DNA of 37,836 nucleotides from positions 1 to 37,836 of the forward strand of contig NIVC01004695.1 of the NCBI GenBank assembly GCA_002269645.1, given 5' to 3'. The translations under genes and the position numbers were made by a program. Source of the DNA: Macrostomum lignano. Lineage: Eukaryota. Each line of letters begins with the position of its first letter. Position 1 is the first letter of the stretch. The notes under the pieces were generated by a model. That model worked only from the letters and a program-made list of their open reading frames with translations, was not told the origin of the DNA and made no database searches. Below are positions 22,131 through 33,463 of the stretch, piece by piece.

Positions 22131-22821
22131 TGCAACTGCAAGTACTTTTACGTGTATGAAGGAGACATTTTCCAGACCTATAAATTCAGTTCTGAACGTG
22201 AAAACGATAGATTAAATTATATAGCTTGAATTCTGGGATAGACTCAGATATACAGACTCAGAAAGTCAGACCAGCATGACGGCTCACACACGTGTGCTTG
22301 CCTAATTGTCTGCGGAATTGTAAAGCCTCCTGCTAGGCTGTCAGGTGATCTCAAAAACAACTCTGAAAATGAGTTTTGCTCTGAGCATTTAGCCGGGTGT
22401 GTAGACGGGTGAAGGCGTTTCTCATTATCAATACAGTTTTTTCTATCTAAATTGGTATTAAAATAAATTGTCCAGCAAAATAGTGTCTCAATGAAAAAAG
22501 TTGAAGATAGGCAGAAAAGCACGTATCAAATAAGGAATCCAGTAAGACTGAAGATTTTGGACGATTGTCATTTTGTATTCGCTATCAATATAAAAAATGA
22601 GAAGATATCTGAAGCATGCATATGCAGTGAGGCAGTTTAGAGACATCCTGTTTGCAATTCACGACCGTTCCACTCGAAGACACCAGCCACAAGACACCAA
22701 TTAAACTATTGCATTCACAGAAAAGAAAATATAGTACTTCATTAGATTACAAATGTACTCATACTCAGAATTGCCTCTTCTAAGCAATGAACGAAAGATT
22801 AATTGAATCACAGTTAGGAAA

Positions 22822-23965
22822 TCAGCACTGATTCTGTGTAGAATCGTACCATTTTATCGGCGGAATGACCGTCAATATATTAAAGTAATCACTGACCAAC
22901 ACCTGGCTCTGATTCTTCTTCACATCTAAAGATTTTGGCTTTCGTCGGTACCCGCTTAAGTGCTGAAATTCGTGCACTGCGAGCGTCGGCAGACTGAGCC
23001 TTCTGTGAATAAACCGACGCTCTAATAGACTGTTACAGAGCCGTCTCTGTTCTCTATTGAGCAGCTTGAAGTACCGCACGCAGATGTTTTGGATGCGACG
23101 CTTCTGGATCGTGTCGTAGTTCGGACTGAATTCGTCCGGCTTAAACAGGTGCACTGAGCAGTTGACCTGTTCGGCTGGGCACAGACCGAGCTGGGTGTAG
23201 TTCTCGTGCACCTGCTTCATCAGAATCGGACCCGTGATGTGAGTGGCTTCGAAGTTGGTCCTCATGCGGTTGGGACTCGGTGAGAGGTTGCGGATCTTGG
23301 CGAGCATCTTGCACACGTAGTAGTAATAAAATGGGTGCTTCGGAATGCCGAACATCACGGCGTTCGACACCAGCGACTTCAAGTTGTACAGGAAGACGGC
23401 GTGCTCTTCCGGCTCCTGTGCGACCATGGCGCCTCTCATCGGATTGTCGAACAGGTGCTCCATGCTCCTGACTGGGAGAGTGTCCATGTCCACGTACAGT
23501 CCTCCGAAGTGGTACAGCGCCAGTGCTCGGATGAAGTCTGACCGCTCCAACGGTGTCTGCAGCTCGCTCTCGAACTCTTCAAGCAGCTCCGGATAGTGAA
23601 GTCGCAAAAGGCACAGAGCGTCTGCATCTCGCCACAGGTAGAACGTAAAGTTAGAGTAGCTTTCGTACCACCGCTTCAGGTAGCGCTTGTAGTTGTTGAG
23701 CATGAACTCGCTCTTGGCGGTGAAGTGAATGATTCTGGGAATCTTCAGATTTGAGGACAAGTCCTTGAACACCAGCCGGTTCTCGCATGGCAGAGCCGGA
23801 GCGCTGACGGGTGCTCGATCGCGCAGCTTGGACCGCCGCTTGAGTTGGAGAGCGGCCGGTGTGAAGGAAAAGTACATCCGGGTTGAGCACAATTCTGGCT
23901 ACCGACAGCAGAGTAAGCCAGAGAATGAGAGACGCAGTCAGTCGGTGTAAACTAAAGCGGGTCAT
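22822..23965 (-). CDS. GT32 (DXD) glycosyltransferase, copy 2, two frameshifts near 23831 and 23868
   Basis: Probable ATG at 23965 (MTRFSLHRLTASLILWLTLLSVARIVL). The catalytic region matches copy 1. GG and AAAA stand where copy 1 has GGG and AAAAA. Stop at 22822. Confidence 0.88.
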
Positions 23966-24612
23966 GAGTCTGATGTGTTGGATTTCAGTTGAAAACTCCA
24001 GCATCAGAGTGTATTTCAACAGGCATTTATCTGCCTGCTGAGATAATACAATATACCTGAAAAAACACGTGAATTTCATTGGCTGCTGATGCTTGCATGG
24101 CTTCATGACATCCCTGACGCCATATAGTGCCCAGTCATAAATAGATGCATAATAGTAATACAAAAGGACGCTGCACTGGCTATATCGTGCAATTTTCTAC
24201 GCTGCTTTTCGCCTCAAACTCTATTAGCGATATTGGAAGCTTGAATTATCATTGTACAAGCTATAAACTTTTCGATTTAGTAATTGCAAAATTCAGCAAG
24301 TCCATTCATGCGTATGTTTATCCGAGGTGCACTAACATGTTTTTCAAGAAAAAACTATCAAATGCATTCGAGGCTGTCAAAGCTCATAATGAAGTTGTGG
24401 TTCTTAGATCGCACATTCTGTCTGGAAAGATTGATACATAGCGTTTCAAATTTAGTCAACTGGGTTTCCGTCTTAGGTAAAAACTCCGACTTGAGGCAGA
24501 TTGTGGCTAATAATCGGCAGGAAAATGGCAGCTGATCGATGCAACTGAAGGTCAGGGGAGGGGGGTTTGCGAAGTTTGAAAACCACAAATTTTCTGCAAT
24601 GAAAATAATTAT

Positions 24613-24890
24613 TAATTGATTACACCTGCTCCAATGGGCAGATTTGCAACGGCGACAGCTCAGCCGCAGCTGCGTACGGCTGTTCAGTCCAAGGACTGGG
24701 GGGGGGGGGGGGCGCAGACACCCACAATTACCCCAGCTAATGCTGGCACCAATTTTACAGCTGGATGAACTGAAGCAATGCAGAGTAAAGTTTCTTGCTC
24801 AAGGACACAAATTGTTCCTGATTGGGTCGAGAATCGAACCCCCGACCTTTCAGTCGTGAGTCCGACGCTCTAAACACTAGGCTGCAACAC
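24613..24890 (-). mobile_element. tRNA-derived CORE-SINE, copy 1 (23-bp internal deletion in the tail)
   Basis: Reverse-complement homologue of 28700-28994, with B box GGTTCGATTCT, the CORE block and the terminal TAATCAATTA. Confidence 0.85.
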
Positions 24891-25639
24891 TTAGAGCAAT
24901 TCTTTTAGGCAATTAAGATTTTATGCAAGCTACTTGAAGTAACAACTGTAAAAAAGCTATGTGCTGCTAGTCAGAGTCTACTAATATAAATTTTTTTAGA
25001 ACTACAGCCTTTGAGTGCTAAATAATTTAAATGCATTCTGTTCATCTGCAATGAAGTTTAAGACGAGCGCGAGCATTGCTTTACATATATAATCGCGTAA
25101 AATTTAAAAATCCGCCCATTCCATCACAAAGTTTTGGCGATCGCTGAAATATTTATGAGTCAGCCGCTTGGATCTGTCTTGGCAGAGCTTGAACTGAAAA
25201 CAGTTTTTGTTAGGATGAAGTCGATATGCGATGCAGGATGTTGGACCTGAATTTAGGACAAGTTAAAGTATCCTGTCCTGTCCTGCCCAATTTGAGTTTC
25301 CCAGTTTCCACTAGACTCACAAGGCTGGGAAGTCTCTATAGACTTAGAGAAATACCCGGGCTTTCCGCGCATCCTAATTCAAACGCTGGGAGGCCTTGAC
25401 GGCAAGAAATGGACGACTATAGCAGCAAAATGAATCAGACCAACAACGCGCTGAGGACAACGGAAATCGTAGAAACTTTAACAGGTGAATTTCATGAAAA
25501 TCTGGTGATACCTCTGGTTGTACGCAAAGTTTTCTTAATTTGAATTCGCTAGCGACCATTCGCTTGCAGACGCCTCGCTGGCCTCGTCACGTTTGACGAG
25601 TCGCTCAATGCAGTCGATCTGGATGACAGGCCTCAGCAG

Positions 25640-28600
25640 ATGTCAACCGTCAGGCGCTCAAGTCGCCAGTCGGTCAGCCGGGCCGGTGTCCTGGAGAACC
25701 TTCGGCTTCAACTGAGCAGCAACTCTCGACAGTCGTCTGGGGATAATTTAGTCCAGGCCTACCTGCTTCAGCGGCAGGCCTCTCTGACGGCTTCCCTGTC
25801 GTCGTCCGCAGGCGGCGGTACGCTGCTGAGTGACAGCCTGCAGCGGGCGCGGCTTGGCTACCTGATTCAGGAGCGCCAGCTCTCCTGCTCTCTGCGACGG
25901 AGGCGATCTTCGGCTTACAGACGCGAGAACAGCCTGTCAGCGATGGTTGCCAGGCAGAAACCCGGCGACTCAATTCGGGAAGAGCTGGGCTGCGACAGCG
26001 AAGAATTGGAAGCAAAGAGGCAGCGAATGGTAATGCAGTTTGATACGAATTTTACCTGCTAAGCCTTTTATTTTTAATTTATTTTGGGGGGGGGGGTGGT
26101 CGTGCACGAAATTGACAGCCATGAAAGCCAACTACCCAAGGCACAGAGAGTGTACACGTCTGACGATCGACGCAGAATTGCCTTCAACGCTGATTGATTG
26201 TCACCAGTCAATTGTGAAGATGTCACCAAAAGGCGTTGCGCTAGGGTGTCTACAGCCCTCTTTTATTATTCGTCATAACTGGCCATTCGAAGGTATCTTT
26301 TGAATGCAGACATTTTCCATAGCCTACACCTCGTCATTTTGCATTTTTCAGAAGCAGCTGCGGCTTCAGTTGAACTTTTACTATCGTCTAGTGATTGCCG
26401 TGTTCAGGCTGTGCTGTCAACACCGTCTGACTTGGTGAGAAATCTATCTTGTTCATAATCGTGTCGATTTATACCATCTTCAAATTGAATTTTCTTGCTC
26501 TGTATGAAACAGAAAGTCAGACCGTAGCCCCGTGGTCTAGCGTAGATCTCTATATGCGTATTTGCCAGCGGCCCAGGCTCGATTCCAAGTGCAGTCACAT
26601 TAATTTGGAGCTGAATTGGAATATCGGCTTGGCTCTGCTCGTGCAATTAACGGCCTTGAGGGCCAACCCCCAAGGCACAGTGAAGTGTACATGCCTAACG
26701 ATAAATAAAGTTTGTGCCGCTGTACACTCCTGTGTGAGTGTGTGCCTGTTCGTATGACTGCGTACGTATCCGCCCGCTCGTGTGCCTGCTCAGGGTAGTC
26801 TTTATAAAAGAGCTGTCGCCAATCCCCTCGTTGCAGCCGCAGATTGGGCAACACGTTCCGCTCGCAGCAGCAGACCATAGACTTGAGCCGCAGCAGCAAC
26901 AGTAGCTTCGGCGGCGGTCGCTACTCGGTGTTCAACAAGGCCGAGTTCAAAGCCAACCGGCAGATGCGGCTGTCAGCTGAGACGCGAAGAGTTTTGGCCA
27001 AGTGTCCGGAGGAGCGCAGTGAGGAAGAGATTAACTATGTTAGTGACATCGGGCGGAGTTAATGCAAATCAAAAGTGCAGGATGTTTTTTGGCAAATCTA
27101 AAAAGCTTATTGCTATCGGGGGATGCTTTGCTCGGGGGAATAGCTGTGTCAAGTCTGGGAGGGAATTGCTAAGATGTCACGGCTTACTGGGGAATTGCTA
27201 AGATGTCAGGGCTTGCTGAGGAATTGCTGAGATGCCAAGGCTTGCTGGGGGAATTGCTGAGATGTCAAGACTTGCTGAGGAATTGCTGAGATCTCAAGGC
27301 TTGCTGGGGGAATTGCTGAGATGTCAAGAATTACTGGGGGAATTGCTGAGATTTCAAGGCTTGCTGGGGGAATTGCTGAGATGCCAAGGCTTGCTGGGGA
27401 GAATTGCTGAGATGTCAAGACTTGCTTAGGAATTGCTGAGATGTCAAGACTTGCTGAGGAATTGCTGAGATCTCAAGGCTTGCTGGGGGAATTGCTGAGA
27501 TGTCAAGAATTACTGGGGGAATTGCTGAGATTTCAAGGCTTGCTGGGGGAATTGCTGAGATGCCAAGGCTTGCTGGGGAGAATTGCTGAGATGTCAAGAC
27601 TTGCTGAGGAATTGCTGAGTTGTCAAGGCTTGCTGGGGAGAATTGCTGAGATGTCAAGACTTGCTGAGGAATTGCTGAGTTGTCAAGGCTTGCTGGGGGA
27701 ATTGCTGAGATGTCAAGGCTTGCTGCGGGGAATTGCTGAGATGTCAAGGCTTGCTGCGGGGAATTGCTGAGATGTCAAGGCTAACGGGGGAATTGCTCAG
27801 AAGTCAAGGCTTGCTCGGGGGAATTGCTGAGATGTCAAGGCTTGCTGGGGGAATTGCTGAGATATAAAGGCTGAAGTCAGGAGATACATGTAGTTTACTT
27901 AAAATTAATTCTTTTATTACATTCTTTTTGTTCTCTTCAACGGGGGGCGTATATTGCTACTCTAAAAGGCTTACAAATGAATTCAGCAAAATGAAAGGAC
28001 CTTTGGTGAGTTTGTATGTACTACTTCATTAAATAATAAATGTTACTTGAAGGCCCAAAGTTAAGAAAAACTTGTGTGAAAAATTCAATCAGCAAAAGTG
28101 CTAGCTTTTATGTCTGTAATAAAAATATGAGACCGTATAAACAGGAGGCAGTACTGGCTAAACCCCGACATTTTGTAAATCCGTGAACTGCTCATTTCCA
28201 GGCGGTGATTGCGCTCAGAGGCATTCAGCAGCTGGCTGACTATCCGGTGCGGATGCAGCGGAATCTAGCCCGAATGGGAGTGCTGGAAAGGTAAACTCGC
28301 GGTGGCTTGATTCCATTCGAACTTTTATTTAGCTTATTAGAAATTGATCGGCCGTTGACAGCTATGAATCTGGTCGAGTTATTGTGCGGCAGAATGACCC
28401 GGCTCACGCGTTCTACTTCATCACCTATGGTGTTGGTGAGTAAACTTTCTATGCAGATTGTAAAGAGATATTTTGTAAAAACGTTGGAGGGTCCAATTGG
28501 TGAGTTGCTTTTGTCCTGCGGAAGCGATATTTTGAGTGTTATTAGTATCACGGAAACTTTACTAGCAAGAATTTACACTACTTGACTTTTCTACACTGTA

Positions 28601-31600
28601 CTAAAGCCTCTACGGGCAACATTTTAGGTAGAAATTTAATTACCTTGCTCGTGGTCATTGTTGCTTGCAGTTGTTCATAGTTTGTTGGTTAGTACTCTAG
28701 GGGGCTGTAGCCTAGTAGTTAGAGCGTCGGACACACGACTTGAAGGTCGTGGGTTCGATTCCCCATTACACAGGAACAATTTGTGTCCTTGAGCAAGACA
28801 CTTAACTCTGCATTGCTTCAGTTCAACCAGCTGTAAAATGGGTGCCAGCATTAGCTGGGATAACTGAGGGTGTGTGTGGCGACCCCCCAGTCCTTGGACT
28901 GAACAGCCGTACGCAGCCTTCAGATGCGCCGCGCAATAGCTGCGGCTGATCTGTCGGTTGCACATCTGCCCATCAGGGCAGGTATAATCAATTAGCGGAA
29001 CAGCCGGAGGGAGAGAGCAAAGGCAACAATTGGAGAGCACGAGCAAAACATCTTACCGCCTTCTACAATAACATATAACATCTTACAATCCTGCAGTTCT
29101 GGTGTGCGTTCTGGACCAGTCAGCTGACACTGCTCACACCGTGGTTGAGTTGAACAAAGGCGACAGCTTCGGCGAGTTGGCGATTGTCAATCGGAGTCAG
29201 CGACAGAGCACGGTTGTCTGCAAGACCGACTGCGACTTTCTTGCCATCGATATTCCGGTAAGAGTTTAGTTTAGTCACACAGGGACAGATTGAAAATGCA
29301 AGCGGGATGAGTTTGTGCCGAAACACTCAGTATTTCATGTACAGAGTTATAAGCTGAGAAACATAATTATAGCCTAATTAAGTAACAACGAAAGAGACTA
29401 AAATCAGACCTAATTCCCTATGCACTTGTTAAATAATTTCAAGTCATCAGTCCGGGGTAGCAGAAGTGAGTGTTGTGGTTAGTTCCATAGTCGTTTGGGT
29501 TCCGCTGCAGAAAAGCCGTGTTGAACACTGCTTATTTTAAATAAACAAGGCGATAGAAGCCCTTAATTTCAGGGTTTACAGCGGCTCTGAATTTCTAATC
29601 TTCAAGCATGTACACTCTCTGTTCCTTTGGGGTTGGCCCTCATGGGTGTAAATTTTGTGCAAGACGACTCCCGACGAATTTTTCAGGCTTACGAAGCAAT
29701 TTTTATGCAAGGAGGGCAAAAAACCGTTACAGACCCGGATCACGAAGAATTTGTCAGGTAACGCTTTTGGAGACTTGATCTCTGCAGTGACTCTGGGGAA
29801 GCATTGAAGCATTGGAGTTAAAGTTTTATTATTGACTTTGCAGGAGTCTGGATTTCCTACGCGGCTGGCCGATTCAGCATCTGCAGAAGCAGCATGCCAA
29901 GTTCATGTTCTGCTACTTTAAGTAGGGCGTCGCAGTTTCTTTTTTAAGTTTGAGCCGTTTTCAGACAGGCTAGTCATCTTTAATCAACACAATCTGTTGC
30001 AGAAGATCCGTTGTAATGGTAAAGAACAGCCGTGCATCCCGATGGATCTACATTGTCAAGTCTGTGAGTGCATTGTGCTCTTTGCAACATTTACATATTA
30101 CTGTGGTTTTCCGGGTTTTCGTTTTGAAAAAGAAAGAATAATAAAAATAATAGATGTGACAATTTGGCTTAGAAACAGAAATGTTGCTCACATTTATCTG
30201 GAAATAATATGTATGTTTATCTCGGGCAGTAAAATTTATATTTAAACGATGTTTTTTACGATTGTTTATTCTACCGTTTATCGGCTGTTTATCGACTGTC
30301 AATCAACACGGGATGAGCCTTCAGATGCCTTCAGATGCGCCGCGCAATAGCTGCGGCTGAGCTGTCGGTTGCACAGCTGCCCATTAGAGCAGGCTGCGTT
30401 TATAGCTGGTTTTAATGCACCTTATTACGTTACTGAATCATCTAATTATTAACAGAATTTTGCCTTTTTTTCGCCGATATCAAGGGCAGCGCTCAAGTAC
30501 TGTTTGCTCTACAAAAGACGCAACCGCTAGTGGCCAACGCATCCGGTGAGCTGCTGCAAACCAGCCACCAGCGGCGCCTCATTGAAGAAGCCGCGCCATA
30601 TTTGTGGCAGTTCTACGACAGCACTGGGATGTTCCGACTGGCCAGGTCGGCACTGCCGGCCGGCGCTGAGAGCAGACAGCTACAGTTGGTTGACCGTCCA
30701 GACAGACCGCTGACGGTAGCTGCCGCGACTTTGACTTCGCAAAATGCTGCGAGTATCAGAGGCGCGAGAGCTCGCGGCTCTGCGGCTAAATCCGCCGGTA
30801 GAGTCAGGCTGAAGCAGCAGCGACCGTTGAGCGTTGAGACTAAGAGTCAAGCAATGGTGGGCGCTTGAACATTTGTGACTTAATCGAATTTGTTTTAGAA
30901 GAGTTTACACACAGATCAAATATTTAATAAACTATCTCATTTAAACACTTTCAGGCCAACTTTTTCTCCAAGGAGGAGTCTGGTGAGTGAGCTGGACGTT
31001 CATTTTCAAACTAACTGCGACTGACAGGTTTGAAGCAAGCTCGCGGTACATGGGTCCAACACCAACTCCAACGTTTTGCGACCTGCGATTTACATCGAAG
31101 AGGGCTTGATTTAACTTAATTTTAGCCATGATCCACAGAGAGTGTACATTATCTTCACTCTCTTACATGCCTTCCATGCTACATGTAAACTCGCCTGACA
31201 AAAATGTGTCTACCTTCATAACAGCGTTCATTATCATCGATACACTTTACTCTGATGCGTTTCCAGTTCAAGGCCAAGACGGTTCAACAACCGTTCGAAT
31301 GGGACGAAAGACGTTCTATGACGAATTGGACGACGGAGTGCTGGTGAGTGACGTCATCTAACCAACTCAGTGATTGTACTAAGAGAATCGGATAAATTCA
31401 ATTATTTTGGCTTTGATTTGAGAAACTTAACTTCCTGTGTCTGATTCATCTTGCATGACCACAATCATGTTTTCTGAGAACTCTTGAACCATTGAGCTCC
31501 TTAATTCAAAAGGGGATGCCTGCGTCGTGGATAAACAAGACAGCAATCTAGGTTAGAGAAGAATGAAACAATTATAGCATTTTTTAGGATTAAAAGTCAA

Positions 31601-32619
31601 ATAGTTATAACAAATTAATTGAAGACACCATTTTCACACAAAAAGTTAAAAAATATAGTTCGGCTTCAATTGTAGCACTTTCTAAGTTTTCTAGGAAAAC
31701 GATGCAATTTTAATTAAATAAAACACTTCAATTGTAGCACTTTCTAAGTTTTCTAGGAAAACGATGCAATTTTAATTAAATAAAACACTTCAATTGTAGC
31801 ACTTTCTAAGTTTTCTAGGAAAACGATGCAATTTTAATTAAATAAAACACTTCAATTGTAGCACTTTCTAAGTTTTCTAGGAAAACGATGCAATTTTAAT
31901 TAAATAAAACACTTCAATTGTAGCACTTTCTAAGTTTTCTAGGAAAACGATGCAATTTTAATTAAATAAAACACTTCAATTGTAGCACTTTCTAAGTTTT
32001 CTAGGAAAACGATGCAATTTTAATTAAATAAAACACTTCAATTGTAGCACTTTCTAAGTTTTCTAGGAAAACGATGCAATTTTAATTAAATAAAACACTT
32101 CAATTGTAGCACTTTCTAAGTTTTCTAGGAAAACGATGCAATTTTAATTAAATAAAACACTTCAATTGTAGAAAGCTGCGTACATACTCTTTCAGCAGCA
32201 GAAACCCGTGTTTACTAAGCCATTAACCATAAAAAGATACTTCCTCGCAGGAACTGCCGGCATCGGGTAGTCCTGAGTTCGTTCGCCTGTGCACCCTGAC
32301 CCGTGGTGGCGTCTTCGGTCTTCAGCACCTGTTCCAGCAGCCGACGGGCTCGTCGCAGCGCAACCAACAGCCGAGCCTGTGCGTGGTTAGCAACGGGGCG
32401 GAATGCCTACTGCTCGACCGGCAATTCTTCATCGAGCAGGCGCCCAGAAAGCTGCTGGACAGGCTGCGCAACCAGATCGATCAGTTTCCGAGTCGCGAGG
32501 AGCTGCAGCGCCGGCTGCAGTCAGCCATGGATTGGGAGGCCTACAAGCGGATGCTGGTCGAGGCGTTGATGGAGGAGAAGAAGCTCACTCGTCCGCTGAC
32601 AGGCGTTGATAGAAAGTGA
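25640..32619 (+). CDS. CNBD2: Cyclic nucleotide-binding domain protein (CNBD2-like), 13 coding exons, ~684 aa from the ATG at 25640 (true start may lie upstream)
   Basis: Hand-traced GT-AG exons with consistent phases: 25640-26029, 26352-26434, 26837-27038, 28202-28290, 28362-28435, 29097-29257, 29687-29757, 29844-29921, 30003-30063, 30485-30856, 30955-30982, 31267-31343, 32251-32619 (2055 nt). Translation gives PEERSEEEINY, YPVRMQRNLAR, YESGRVIVRQNDPAHAFYFITYG, LNKGDSFGELAIVNRSQRQSTVVC, WIYIVKSG and TLTRGGVFGL..VVSNGAEC..DWEAYK. Orthology is from memory, not a search. Confidence 0.85.
26520..26709 (+). mobile_element. Second, distinct tRNA-derived SINE-like element in CNBD intron 2
   Basis: A-box-like TAGCCCCGTGG (26525), B-box-like GGCTCGATTCC (~26576) and an ATAAATAAA end at ~26709. 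Single copy in the window. Confidence 0.4.
27134..27873. repeat. ~30-bp intronic minisatellite (GGGAATTGCTGAGATGTCAAGGCTTGCTGG), ~24 units with higher-order structure
   Basis: Read directly; units of 29-31 bp in CNBD intron 3. Confidence 0.95.
28700..28994 (+). mobile_element. Full-length tRNA-derived CORE-SINE, copy 2 (CNBD intron 5)
   Basis: A box TAGCCTAGTAG (28708) and B box GGTTCGATTCC (28752). CORE-like block TGTGTCCTTGAGCAAGACACTTAACTCTG..TTCAGTT..CTGTAAAATGGG (28782-28842) resembles the MIR core as I recall it. 3' hairpin CTGCCC-ATCA-GGGCAG (28966-28981). Confidence 0.88.
30316..30393 (+). mobile_element. 5'-truncated CORE-SINE copy 3 (3' tail only)
   Basis: AGCCTTCAGATGCGCCGCGCAATAGCTGCGGCTGA..GTCGGTTGCACA.CTGCCCAT matches 28916-28982. 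CCTTCAGATG is duplicated at the 5' junction. Confidence 0.85.
31664..32171. repeat. Perfect 62-bp tandem array, 8.2 copies, in the last CNBD intron
   Basis: Unit TTCAATTGTAGCACTTTCTAAGTTTTCTAGGAAAACGATGCAATTTTAATTAAATAAAACAC; 31665+8x62=32161, then a partial unit. Confidence 0.97.
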
Positions 32620-32808
32620 TTTTTAAAATCGGTTCTGGGCTGAACAAATTTTTCATACAGGAAGATTATGACTCAATTTGTTTACTTTGGATTTGAGTGG
32701 GTATTAATTTCAGTTCCTGATTAATGGAAATAAAATAAATCTAAAGTGTTCTGTCTGCTTAGTTATAAAATACAAGCGAAGCTTAATGATCCATTACAAC
32801 ACTGTGCT

Positions 32809-33463
32809 CTGAGACACTGAGACACTGAGACACTGAGACACTGAGACACTGAGATACTGAGACACTGAGACACTGAGACACTGAGACACTGTGACACTGA
32901 GACACTGAGATACTGAGACACTGAGACACTGAGACACTGAGACACTGTGACACTGAGACACTGAGATACTGAGACACTGAGACACTGAGACACTGAGACA
33001 CTGAGACACTGAGACAATGAGACACTGAGACACTGAGACACTGAGACACTGAGACACTGAGACACTGAGACACTGAGACATTGAGATACTGAGACACTGA
33101 GACACTGAGACACTGAGACACTGAGACAATGAGACACTGAGACACTGAGATACTGAGACACTGAGACACTGAGACAATGAGACACTGAGATACTGAGACA
33201 CTGCGACATTGAGACACTGAGACACTGAGACACTGAGACACTGAGACACTGAGACACTGAGACACTGAGACACTGAGACACTGAGATACTGAGACACTGA
33301 GACACTGAGACACTGAGACACTGAGACACTGAGATACTGAGACACTGAGATACTGAGATACTGAGGCACTGAGTTACTGAGATACTGAGACATTGAGACA
33401 CTGAGACACTGAGACACTGAGACACTGAGACACTGAGACACTGAGACTCTAAAACACTGAGAC
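32809..33463. repeat. 8-bp microsatellite (GAGACACT)n, ~80 copies with point variants
   Basis: Read directly; variants include GAGATACT, GTGACACT and GAGACAAT. Confidence 0.97.

Noticed and set aside
21229-22229. GAPWCWRPLVLAPLGA repeat ORFs
   Set aside because: Products of the 16-bp array; the non-repetitive tail is better explained as a LINE remnant.
27206-27770. Short repetitive ORFs over the 30-bp array
   Set aside because: Intronic satellite translations; the flanking CNBD exons join in phase without them.
28700-28770. Functional tRNA gene
   Set aside because: The tRNA-like head continues into CORE and tail sequence and recurs as dispersed degenerate copies, so it is a SINE.
31664-32171. 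62-bp or other arrays as CRISPR
   Set aside because: Units are contiguous with no unique spacers, there are no cas genes, and the context is eukaryotic.
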